Assembly (NCBI GenBank): GCA_041937175.2
Contig: CP166615.1
Coordinates: 4,384,001-4,448,000 of the forward strand
Length of the DNA: 64,000 nt
Direction: 5' to 3'
DNA from: Limnothrix sp. BL-A-16
GTDB taxonomy: Bacteria > Cyanobacteriota > Cyanobacteriia > CACIAM-69d
The translations under genes and the position numbers were made by a program. Positions 50,801 through 62,800 of this stretch are shown piece by piece. Positions within the stretch are counted from its first letter, which is position 1; the number at the start of each line of letters is the position of its first letter. Below the pieces are notes generated by a model. The model was not told where the DNA came from, did not search any database, and saw only the letters and a list, made by a program, of their open reading frames with translations.

Positions 50801-53800
50801 TGGATCCCGCCGAGCTGGCCACTGAGGCCACCTTTGAGGCGATGGGGGTGGATTCGCTGACGGTGTTGCAGTTAACCGAAGCCCTGGAGCGTCACTACGG
50901 GGCCCTGTCCAAAACCTTGCTCTATGAATACCCCACCCTCAGCCGCTTAGGGGCTTATTTCGATCAAAACCATGCCAGTTCCTTGCCCCCGGCCCCCAGT
51001 CCCGCGTTAACAAGTCCAACGCACCCTCACTCACCGTCCAGCCATTCAGTGCCAACCCCTTCGATCGTGATCGACTCCCCGGCGACTGGTTTCCCGGTGT
51101 CCGAAACGCCCGCGATCGACCCGGTGATTCCCGCTGCTCCCGCTGCTCCCAGCGCGGTCCCCTTCACCCCTGAGGAACCCGATCGCCCTCCGGTGGCCCC
51201 CGAGGCGGCGGCCCTTTTGGCGATGGACTCCCTACCCGCCGACGGTGACCAGCCCTTGGCGATCGTGGGGCTGGCGGGTCGCTATCCCCAGGGTGAAACC
51301 TTGGCAGCCTTTTGGCAAACCCTGGCCGAAGGTCGCAGCGCCATTCAAGAGGTGCCCGCCGATCGCTTCGATTGGCAGCAGATTTTCGACCCCGAGGGGG
51401 GCGATCGCCAGAGCTACAGCCGCTGGGGGGGGTTCATTCAGGATGCGGATAAATTTGACGCGGCCTTCTTTGGCATCTCCCCCCGGGAAGCGCGGGATAT
51501 GGATCCCCAAGAACGGGTGTTTTTGGAAACCGTTTGGGCCTGTTTGGAAGATGCGGGCTATCCGCCCCAGCGCCTGAAAGCGGCTGTTCGCCGGGCCAAG
51601 GCCGAGGGCGATCGGGCGGCGGGTCGGCGGTTGCCGGGGAATCGCAATGATGTGGGGGTTTTTGCGGGAATTACCTACAGCAACTACCAGCTCTACGCGA
51701 TCGAGCAGTGGCAACGGGGGCAACGGGCTGGGGCCCATGCGGCCTTTTGGTCTGTTGCCAATCGCACCTCCTGGCTGTTTGACTTTCAAGGGCCCAGCGT
51801 GAGTGTGGATACGGCCTGCTCTTCCTCGTTGGCGGCGATTCACTTGGCCTGTGAAAGCATTCGGCGGGGGGAATGTCGAGCCGCGATCGCGGGAGGGGTG
51901 AACCTAATTTTGCATCCCCTGCATCTGGTGAACCTTAGCCAGTTGCGAATGCTGTCGCCCGATGACCAATGCCGGGCCTTTGGGGCGGGGGCTAACGGGT
52001 TTGTGGATGGTGAAGGGGCGGGGGCAATTCTGATTCGTCCCCTGGCCGATGCCCTGGCGGCGGGCGATCGAATCCGGGGCGTAATTTTGGGATCGGCCAT
52101 GAACTCCGCCGGCCGCACCCAGGGCTATACCGTGCCCAATCCCCTGGCCCAAGCAGATTTGATTTTGGATGCCTTGGAACGGGCGAAGGTTGATCCCGCC
52201 ACGATTCAATATGTGGAAGCCCATGGCACAGGAACCGCCCTTGGGGATCCGATCGAGATTCGGGGCCTAACGGAGGCTTGGCGCAAACACACCGCCGCCA
52301 ACCAAATTTGTGCGATCGGCTCTGTCAAGTCCAACATTGGCCACCTGGAATCGGCGGCGGGCATTGCCGGTTTAACCAAAATTCTCTTGCAGTTCCAGCA
52401 CCGCGAACTGGTGCCTTCTCGCCACAGCGAAACGCCGAACCCACTGATTCCGTTTGCGGAAACTCCGTTTTATTTGCAAACCGATCGCAGCCCTTGGCCC
52501 ACTGAAACTCACCGCCCAAGGCGGGCGGCCCTCAGCAGCTTTGGAGCTGGGGGAGCCAATGTGCATCTGATTGTGCAAGAGGGGCCGGAGTCTGTCCGGT
52601 GGGAGTTGTCGCCGGCCACCGGTTCAGCAGCTCCTATCCCCGCAGGCGATCGAGCCGTTGACGGGGCAACCGATGCCGGAACTGGCGAAACCAAAACAAC
52701 CGAGGAAATCGCTGAGGAAATCATCGTTGTTTCAGCCAAATCCGCCGCCGCCTTGCGGGCCCAAGTGGAGCAATTGCTGCAATATCTGCGGGACTTATCC
52801 CCCGATGGCGATGCTTGGCGCGATTTTGCTTGGACGTTGCAGGTGGGCCGGGCCGCCATGCCCCATCGCTTGGCCCTGGTGGCGGCCTCGGCGGCGGACT
52901 GCTGTGAACAGTGGCGGGCCTTTTTAGCCGAAGCGGCCCTGCCTCAGGGGTGGGTGAACCGTGTCACGCCCCAAAGCCAGGAGGCCGCCGAGGCCGAGGC
53001 TCCCACCTTGCCCGACCTTTGGGCCGCGCGGCGCTACGCCAAAATTGCCCAGTGGTGGGTTCAAGGGGGAGATCCCGATTGGGAAGCCTTGCCCCGATCT
53101 CAGCCCCGCCGTCTGTTGACCCTGCCCACCTATCCCTTTGAACGAGTGCGCTACTGGCCCGTGGAGGCGGATGAAGAGTTGATGTTTTCTCCCTCTGGAT
53201 CGTCTGCTGGATCGTCCGCTGCCCCTCAGCCGATCGATCAGTTTATTGAACAGCCCACAGATCAAGAAGACTTTCGCCTGTTGGTGCCGCGTTGGTTTGC
53301 GGCTCCTCTTCCCGTGGCCCCGTCCCAACGCTCAGGGCTGCATTTGATTGTTCAGCGATCGCCCTCCCCTTGGGCAGAAGCCCTAGCCCAGCACTATCGC
53401 AGCTTGGGGGAAACCAGCCAGGTGCTGACCCTCAATCCCTTGGCGGGAGAAACCCTGTGGCGCAATTGGCTGGCCCAGACGACCCCGATCGCCAGCATTG
53501 ACTTTTTGGGGATGATTGATGCCTGCGACTGGCAGGACGCGGTGGATGATTCCTGGGCGTTCTTGCAAGGCATTCAAGTCTTGGCTCACCGCCACGATCC
53601 GCTGCCCCTGTTGCGAATTGTGACCCAAAGGGCCCAATCGGTGGTTCCGGGCGATCGACTCATGCAGCCTTGGGCCGCACCGGCGATCGGCTTGGGCCGG
53701 GCCTGCCGCGCTGAATGTCCCAGCCTGCCCGTGGTTTGCGTTGATTTAGAGGCAACGGATCCCGCCCAAGCGGCGGCCCAAATTGTCGGGGAACTGGGGA

Positions 53801-56800
53801 GCGATGGGGCCCTGGAGGTGGCCTGGCGATCGGGTGAGCGTTGGGTGCGAGGCATGGCCGAGGCGGAACCGACCCCGGCAACTGCGAATCCCGAGCCGAC
53901 CCTGCGGGATCGGGGTGTTTACCTGATTGTGGGCGGTGCGTCCGGGGTGGGGCTGGAGGTGGCCCAATGGCTGGCGGATCAGGTACGGGCCCGGTTGGTG
54001 TTGCTTGGGCGATCGCCCCAAGGAGAGCGCCAAACCCAGGCGATCGCCCAAATTCGCCAACGGGGCGGCGATGCCCTGTATCTACAGGCGGATGTGAGCG
54101 ATCGGGCGGCGTTGCGGGCGGCCCTGACCCAGGCCCGACAACAGTTTGGCCCCATCACCGGGGCGATCCATTCCGCCATGGTTTTGGATAATCATCCCCT
54201 GACCGCCATGCCGGCCAAGGCCTATCGCACTGTGCTCGCCCCCAAGGTGGCCGGCAGCGTGGCCCTGATCGAAGCCCTGCGCGAAGATCCCCTCGACTTT
54301 GTTCTATTCTTCTCCTCCCTGGCTTCCTTTGCGCCCACGCCGGGCAGCGCCAACTATGTGGCCGCCTGTGCCTTTGAAGATGCCTTTGCAACCTATCTCC
54401 AAGACGTGCAAGGCCTATCCTCCTCGGTAATCAATTGGGGATTTTGGGGAGATGTGGGCCAATTGTCCACGGAAGTCGGCCGGGCCCGCCTCGCCCAATG
54501 GGGGGTGCAGGCCATGGGGCGCGCCCTGGGCCTGCGATCGTTCGCCATGGTTTGGCAACGGGGCCTGCGTCAGGCCCTTCCCCTGCGGGCTTCCGCCAAG
54601 GTGCTGGATCTGCTGGGATTCCGCCCGGTGGATGTTTTGGCGGCCGCCGGGGCCGACTCGGGGCCGACGGCGGCCGATCCGGGCCGATCGGCCTGGGTGG
54701 CGGCCCAGGACTACGCGGCGCGATCGACCCTGGATGTGCCCCGCTATATCCAATCCCTTGAGGAACTCGACGACCTCAGCCGCTGGTATCTGATTCGGGT
54801 TTGGGTGGAGTTTGATCTGTTTCCGGCCCCGGGAGAGTGGCGGACGCTGGAGCAGTTGCGACAACGGCTCTATCGATCGCCCAAATACGATCGCCTTCTG
54901 AAGGCCCACTGCAACTTGCTAGCGGCCCAGCAAGTGCTGGAAATGCGGAGCGATGGGGAAGCGGTTCGATCGGGCCCAGCCCTGCCGGCCATCCGGGCCG
55001 CCCTCACGACCTTGACCGATCGCCACCGGGAGTTTGTGCAGCGCTACCCGGATATGGTGGGCTTCACTCGGGTGCTGGAGGCCTGTTTGACCGTGGCGGA
55101 CTACGGGGCCGTTTTGCAGGGGCAGAAATTGGCCACGGAAGTCCTGTTCCCAGGCTCATCTCTGGATTTGGTGACGGGGATGTATCGCAATAATCCCTGG
55201 GTGGATCACTTTAACCAGGTGCTGGCGGCGGCCTTGGGCGGCGGGCTGGCGGCCCAACCGGGGCGGCCCCTGCGGGTCTTGGAAGTGGGCGCGGGAACCG
55301 GTTCCACCACGCAATTTACGCTACCGGCCGTGGCCGCCTTGGCCGATCGGCTGGTGTATGACTTCACCGACGTATCCCAAAGCTTTTTGCAAGCGGGTAA
55401 GGCGGCCTTTGGCCAGACCTATCCTTTCATGCAGTTCCGGCTGTTTGATCTCGATCAGCCCCCCGAAACCCAAGGCTTTGAATTGGGGGTCTACGATGCG
55501 ATCGTTGCGACCAATGTGGTTCATGCCACATGCCAAATTCAGCGATCGCTCAGTCACCTGGCCAAATTGCTCAAACCCGGTGGCCTGCTGCTGCTGAATG
55601 AGTTAACCCGCAAATCGGACTGCCAAACCATCACCGTTGCGCTGCTGGATGGGTGGTGGGCTTTTGAGGATCCGGCGGTGCGTTGGGAACATTCCCCCCT
55701 GCTGCCTCCCCAAAACTGGGTGCAACTGCTGGCGGCGGCCGGACTAGTGGTTGGCTCCTCATCCGGCGCACCGGCAGCATCGGGACTGGGCAATGCCTAT
55801 CAACAGCTCTTCATTGCGGCCCGAACTGCGGCGGCCAGCCCTCCGGCGGCGGCTCCTGTCCCGGTTGGCCCCGCCGCCGATTCCCCTGCCCCGATCGCCC
55901 CTGCCCCGATCGCCCCTGCCCCGATCGCCCCTGACGATCGCCCCTCTCCCGCGCGCATTTTGGCCATTAGTCAGGAGTTGGGGCAAATGATCGCGGCGGT
56001 GCTGGAGATGGATCGCCAGCCGGATCCTGAGCAAACGTTTTCGGACTTGGGGGTGGACTCGATCCTGTCTTCCCAAATTGCCCGGCGCATCAATGCCCGG
56101 TTTGGCAGCGAGATCGCCCCCACGGATTTTTATCGCTATGCCACGCCCCTGGAGATGGCCACCTATTTGGAATCCCAGGGGGCGGCAACCCCGGCCCCGA
56201 CAGCACCGGCCCCGCCGCCAGTGGTGGATCCGGTGATCAGTCCAGCCCGGATCAATCCATCGCTGGGTTCAGGGGCGGCGGCGGAACTGACTTCAGGCGC
56301 TCCGGTGAGTATGGCTTCCGGGACTCCCCAGGTCGCCACGCCGCAAACCCCGGCCGGAACCGCTCCCGATCGCACCGGGACGGAGGCGATCGCCGTGATT
56401 GGCCTCTCCTGCCGGTTCCCCGGGGCCCGCAATGCGGATGAATTTTGGGACGTGCTGCGATCGGGACAAACTCCCTTCTCAGATCTGGCCGAGCGGTGGG
56501 GAACTGTGAGCGATCGGCCCCTGCAAGGGGGTTTACTGCCCGATGCCCTGGCCTTTGATCCGCTCTTTTTCCGGCTGTCCCCTCGGGAAGCGGCCCAAAT
56601 GGATCCCCAACAGCGGGTGTTCCTAGAAGAGGCTTGGAAGGCGATCGAGGATGCCGGGTATGCTCCCGAATCCCTCGCAGACACACGCTGTGGCGTTTAC
56701 GTGGGGGCCGCCCACAACTTCTATGGCCTCGATAGCCAGGACACCAGCGACCAGCATGGCTCCGCCAACCACCAACCCAACGCCATGGCCGCCTTGGGGG

Positions 56801-59800
56801 CATCCATGGCCATCTTGCCTGCGCGGATTGCCTATCACCTGAACCTCAAGGGCCCGGCGATTCCCGTTGATACCGCCTGTTCTTCCTCCCTGGTGGCCTT
56901 GCATTTGGCCTGTCAGGGATTGCTGCAAGGGGATTGTGATTTGGCCCTGGCGGGCGGTGTGGCCCTGCTGTTGCTCTCGCCCAGGGTGCATCAATTTTTG
57001 GACTACAGCGGCATGTTGTCGGCCACGAATCAATGTCGGCCCTTTGACCAGTCTGCCAATGGGTTTGTGCCGGCCGAAGGTTGCGGGGTGGTGATGTTGA
57101 AGCGCCTCAGCGAGGCCCAACGGGACGGCGACGCAATCTATGGGGTAATTCGGGCTTCGGGCATGAACCAGGATGGGCGCTCCAATGGGATTACGGCTCC
57201 CAATGTCCAAGCCCAATCCGAACTGGAACAGGCCCTTTACACCAAGGGGCAAATTGACCCCAGCACCCTGAGCTATGTGGAAGCCCATGGCACGGGCACA
57301 AAACTGGGCGACCCGATCGAGCTGCAAGCCCTGACGAAGGCGTTTCGGCATTGGACCGATGCTAAGCAGTTCTGTGCGATCGGCTCGGTGAAGGGCAACA
57401 TTGGCCATGCCATGGCGGCGGCAGGGATGGCGGGCTTCATCAAAGTGCTCCTCAGCTTGAAGCATGAGGCCTTGCCCGCTTCGTTACATGTGCAAACACC
57501 CAATCCGGCCTTTGATTGGGATCAATCTCCGTTTTATGTGCCCACGCAGCCTCAGCCCTGGCCGCGCCAGGGGGATCGTCCCCGGCGGGCGGCCTTGAGT
57601 GCCTTTGGCTTCAGCGGCACGAATGCCCATCTGGTGATTGAAGAGGGCCCCGCCCGGGAACCCTTGCCCACCAGCTCGTTTAGCTTGCCTTGGCGGGTGA
57701 TTCCGGTGTCGGCCCAATCTCGATCGGCCCTGGAGCGTAATTTGGCCCAGTTGGCCGCCTGGGCCGATCGCCATTCGGCTGCTTCCTTGGCGGATGTGGC
57801 CTGGACGTTGACCTTTGGCCGGCAGCATTTCGACTGTCGGGCGGTGTTGGTGGTGCAGTGGACGGCGGATTTGGTGACGGCCTCGCCCCTGCGGGATCCG
57901 GCCGCCGTGCCCGCGTCCTTGCCCCATGCGACCCAGATCCGGGAGTTTCTGTCGGGGGCGGCGATCGCCTGGTCTGAGGTTTGGGAGGGGCCGCCCGGTC
58001 GGCGGATTTCCTTGCCGGCCTATGCCTTTGAGCGAGATATTTGCGCCCTCACGCCCCCGGTGGCTCCGGCCCTGGCCACCCCAGTAACCCCAGCGGCCCC
58101 GATCGAACCCACGCAGCCAGCCCCCCTTGCGCCAGCGCCACCGATTGAGGATTGGCTCGATCGCACCTTGCACCGGGTGGAGGCCCAAGCCAGCCAGCAG
58201 GGAGACCCGCTCGCCGGTTGGGAAATGGTGTTTGAGCGCCTGGATAATTTGGGTGCGTTGGGGGTGTTGGCCACCTTCCAACGGGCGGGGGCCCTGCGAG
58301 AAGCCCACCGCCCGATCGCCCCCGCCGCTTTGCAGGCCTTGATTCAGCTTTCCCCAGACCATCAAGCGCTGTTTGCGGGCCTGTTGGCGATTCTCCAAAA
58401 CACCGGATGGCTGGTGGCGGTGGCGGGGGAACTGGCGCTGAATCCCGATCGCCCCGAAGGCGGCGCTTCCCAGTTGGCCGCCACGCGATCGCGCATGGAA
58501 GCGGAACTGCGCAGCCAATGCCCCGCCTGCCGCCCCTATCTTGATTTGTTGCAACTGTGCCTGAATCATTACCCGGATTTGTTGGCCGGGCGCTTGGCCG
58601 TCACGGATTTGCTCTACACCCCCGAGGTTTTGCCCTGGGTGGAAGCGATTAACCGTGAAACCCCCCTCGCGACTCACTTCAATGGATTGGTGGCCACCGC
58701 CGTGGCCACGGCCGTGCGCGATCGGGTGGCCCAGCCCGGCTCAGCACCGATCCAAATTCTGGAAATTGGTGCGGGAACCGGAGCCACCACCGCTGCGGTG
58801 TTGCAAGCCTTGGCTCCCCTTGGCTCCCAGGTGACCTATCACTTTACGGATTTGTCGCCGGCCTTTGTCCAACGGGGGCGCAATCGCTGGGGCGAGCAGT
58901 TTCCCTTCACCCGCTATGCTCCGCTGGACATTGAAGCGGATTTGGCCAGCCAAGGGTTTGCCCCCGGTCAATTTGCCATTATTTGCGCGGCCAATGTGCT
59001 CCATGCCACACGCCGCATTGATCACACCCTGGCCCAAGTGCATCAGCTCCTGGCCCCTGGCGGGTTGGTGATTCTCAGTGAAGTTTGTCACTTCGAGGTT
59101 TTTGCGACCCTCACCTTTGGCTTAACCCGGGGCTGGTGGTTGTTTGAGGATGCCCCCAACCGCATTCCCCACTCGCCGTTGCTGACCCCGTTGAATTGGC
59201 GGCGTTGCCTGGCGGCCCAGGGGTTTCCCCGGGTGCGCACCTTGGGGGTGCGCCATCCCCAATCGCCCGAGACTTACCTGCAAAGTTTGATTGTGGCTCA
59301 ACGTAGTCCGCAGTCTGCGGCCCATGCGGTTTCCCCTTCGCCCGATCGAGTGACTCATCAGGTGTCGGATCCATTACCTAGCCCAGCACCTGACCAACTT
59401 CCCAATCAATTGCCTCAGCCATCCTTCCAGCCCGTGCCCGCCGTGCCTGTTTCGGCCCAGGGTGGCCCTGATCGCTGTGAGCAACGGGTTGTGGCATTGT
59501 TGGCAAATTATTTGAACGTGCCAGCCGATCGCCTGGATCCCAAGCGCCCCTTTTCCGATTTGGGGGTTGATTCGATCGTGGCGATCGAGCTAGCCAAGTT
59601 GCTCAATGCTGAACTGGCCATTGAGTTGCGATCGACGGATTTGTTCAACTACTCAACCGGGCAGCAATTGGCCCGCCACATTGAGCAAGCCTTTCCCCAT
59701 TGGCGACGGCCCGCCGCACCGCCGATCGTGACGGCTCCCGCTCCGGAGGCCGCGCCCTTGCCCCAAGCGGCCGCGCCTCCGGTGTCGTCACCTGTGACCA

Positions 59801-62800
59801 AGCCCCCCGGTCGTCAAATCGCGATCATTGGCATGGCCGGCCAGTTCCCCGGGGCCCGGAATTTGGCGGAATTTTGGCAGGTGATCCAGCGAGGCCAGCC
59901 GGTGGTGAGCGAAGTGCCGCCCGATCGCTGGGATTGGCGGGCCATCTATGACCCCGATCGACTGGCTCCCCACAAAACTCCCAGCCGCCACGGGGGCTTC
60001 CTCGACGATGTGGGGGCGTTTGATCCGGCCCTGTTCCAAATTTCGCCCCGGGAAGCGGAGTTCATGGATCCGCAGCAGCGCCTGTTGCTGATGGAAACCT
60101 GGGCCGCCCTGGAGGATGCGGGCTATCCGCAGCAGCGCTTGGATGGCAGCCGCACGGGCGTGTTCGTGGGCGCATCGAGCGGCGACTATTGGGAACTGTT
60201 GCTGGAATCAGGGCTGCCGGTGGATGGCTATACCTTCACGGGTAACGCGGGGGCCATGTTGCCAGCACGCATTGCCTACTGGTTGAACCTGAAGGGGCCC
60301 ACCCTGGCGATCGACTCGGCCTGTTCTTCGTCCCTGATTGCGGTGCATACCGCCTGCGAAAGTATCGAGCAGGGCCATTGCGACTTGGCGATCGCGGGCG
60401 GGGTGAGCGTGTTGGCCACACCTCGGCTGCACCTGCTGCTGGGCAAGGTGGGAATGCTGTCGCCCACGGGAACCTGCAAACCCTTTGACCACAGCGCCGA
60501 TGGCATTGTGATCAGCGAAGGGGTGGGGGTTGTGATTTTGAAGCCCTTGGATCGAGCCTTAGCCGATGGCGATCGGATCCATGCGGTGATTCAAGGATCA
60601 GGCACCAATCAGGACGGCAAAACCAGCAGCCTCACGGCCCCCAGCGGCCCGGCCCAAACCACCCTCATTCAGGAGGTCTATCAGCGGTTTGGCCTGGATC
60701 CCCGATCGATCGGCTATGTGGAAACCCATGGCACGGGCACGCCCCTGGGCGATCCGATCGAACTCCATGCCCTGAGCGATGCCCTCCGCGCCGCTGCCCT
60801 GCCCCCCGCTTCAATCCCGATCGGCTCCGTGAAAGGGGTGATTGGTCATTCCCTGACCGCCGCTGGGATTGCTTCCCTGTTGAAGGTGGTGTTGGCCCTG
60901 AAGCATCGATCGCTACCCCCTTGCCCCCTCTCCACCGGTCTGAATGGCCATATTCAACTGGATGCCAGCCCCCTGCGCTTGGATCCCTACGGCAGCCCTT
61001 GGACTCAGACCCCGCGCCTAGCCGCCATCAGTTCCTTTGGGGCGAATGGGGCGAACTGCCACATGGTTTTGGCGGCGGCTCCCGAGGTGGCCGCGCCGGC
61101 CCTGCCCGCCCGCCCGGAATATCTGTTGGTGCTGTCGGCGCGCGATCGGGCCCAATTGCGACAACGGGTGGCGGATTTGCTCCAGCACCTGACCAGCCAA
61201 GCGCCGCTGCCCCTGGCTGATTTGGCCGTGACCCTGGCCACCAAACGCAGCCATTTGGCGGTGCGGGCGGCTTGGGTGGCCAGCAGTTGGGATGAACAAC
61301 TGGCCAACCTGCGGCAGATTCACCAGTCCCTGTTGGTGATCACGCCTCGGGCGATCGCCCCGGAAGCCACCCCGGCTCAGTCCTGGTTGATCACCCCGTC
61401 GGACGATCCGATCCTCACCCCCGATGGTGCAATGGGCGACACCCAGCGGGCCCAGGTGGCTCAACTGCTCCAAAGTGGCCGGAGCGATCGCCCCTTCCTG
61501 TTGTCTTTGGCGGCGGATTTTGTGGCGGGAACCCTGTCGGATTTGACGGCGCTTTACCCGGAACCGGGCCGGTTGGTGGATCTGCCGCGCTATCCGTTCG
61601 ATCGCACCCGCTATTGGGTGCAACGGTCGCCCCAGCTCACACCCCCGCCCCTATCCCCCACCCCCGCCCGAGATCTCACCTTTTGGATGAGTCAGCATCA
61701 TGTGCAGGGCACAGCCGTCTTACCCGGTGCGGCGATTTTGCAACAGATGCTGGAAGCCGGCCAGGCGGCGGGCCACCCGATCGGGGAACTGCGAGATATC
61801 GGTTGGTTGCACCCGGTGCAGACGGGCATGGCCTTGGTTCCCCAATGGCAAACCCAGGATTCGCGGTTGCTGCTGCAATTGCAAGCCAGGGTGGAGCCGG
61901 ATCCCAGCGGGGCCACGGCATCGCTCGATCGCCCCTGTGCCACCGCCGTTTGGATCTCTACCCCCAGCGCTCGATCGTCCTCGGAAACTCCCAACTTCGA
62001 TCCGGTCGCCGTGCAACGACGCTGTGGCAGCACCTGGACGCAAAAGGCGTTCTACGACCTGGTGGATGGCCGCGATGTGGTTCATGGCCCGCTGTATCGC
62101 ACCGTTGAGCAATTGTGGGCCGGCCCCTTTGAGGCCCTGGGCAAGCTGAAAGCGCCCGCCTCAGAATTGGCCTGGCTGCCTCGGATGGCGCTGCACCCCT
62201 CGTTGCTGGATGGGGCTTTGCAATGCGTGATGGGCCTGCTGGCTCCTCGGGCGGCCGATTTGCCCCTGCTGCTGCCGGCCTCGATCGCCACCTTGCAGAT
62301 CCTGCAACCCCTCACGGAGGATTGCTGGGTTTATGTGCGGCCTTCGCAAGCGCCGATCTCGGAATATTCCTTTGATTTGCGGATCACGAACCTGGCGGGC
62401 GAGGACTTGATCCGCATCAACACCTTTACCCTCCGCCCCTTGCGTACGGAAGGCAGTCTGCTGGGCACGTCGCCCAATGGCCATCCTGGAATTCCGCCTT
62501 TGGTTCCGGGGGGCAATGGTCAGGGCCTGTCCCGATCGGGGCTACCCGTGGGGGCTGGGCCGGTTCCTGCCCACAACGGCGCACCTGTGGCCCTCGGCTC
62601 AGAGGGGGCGATCGCCCCGACCGGTTCTTCGGCGGCGGCCCCAGCCAGTGCCGTTGAAGCCGTGCCCTGCTACCGGCCCGTTTGGCAAGAAACCCCTTGG
62701 CCAGAGCCGATCGCTCCCGAATCCGGGGCGGTGTTAATGGTTTATGCACCGGGCGATCGGCCCTTAGCAGCGGCCCTGCAAGCACAGCACCCCTCGGCTC

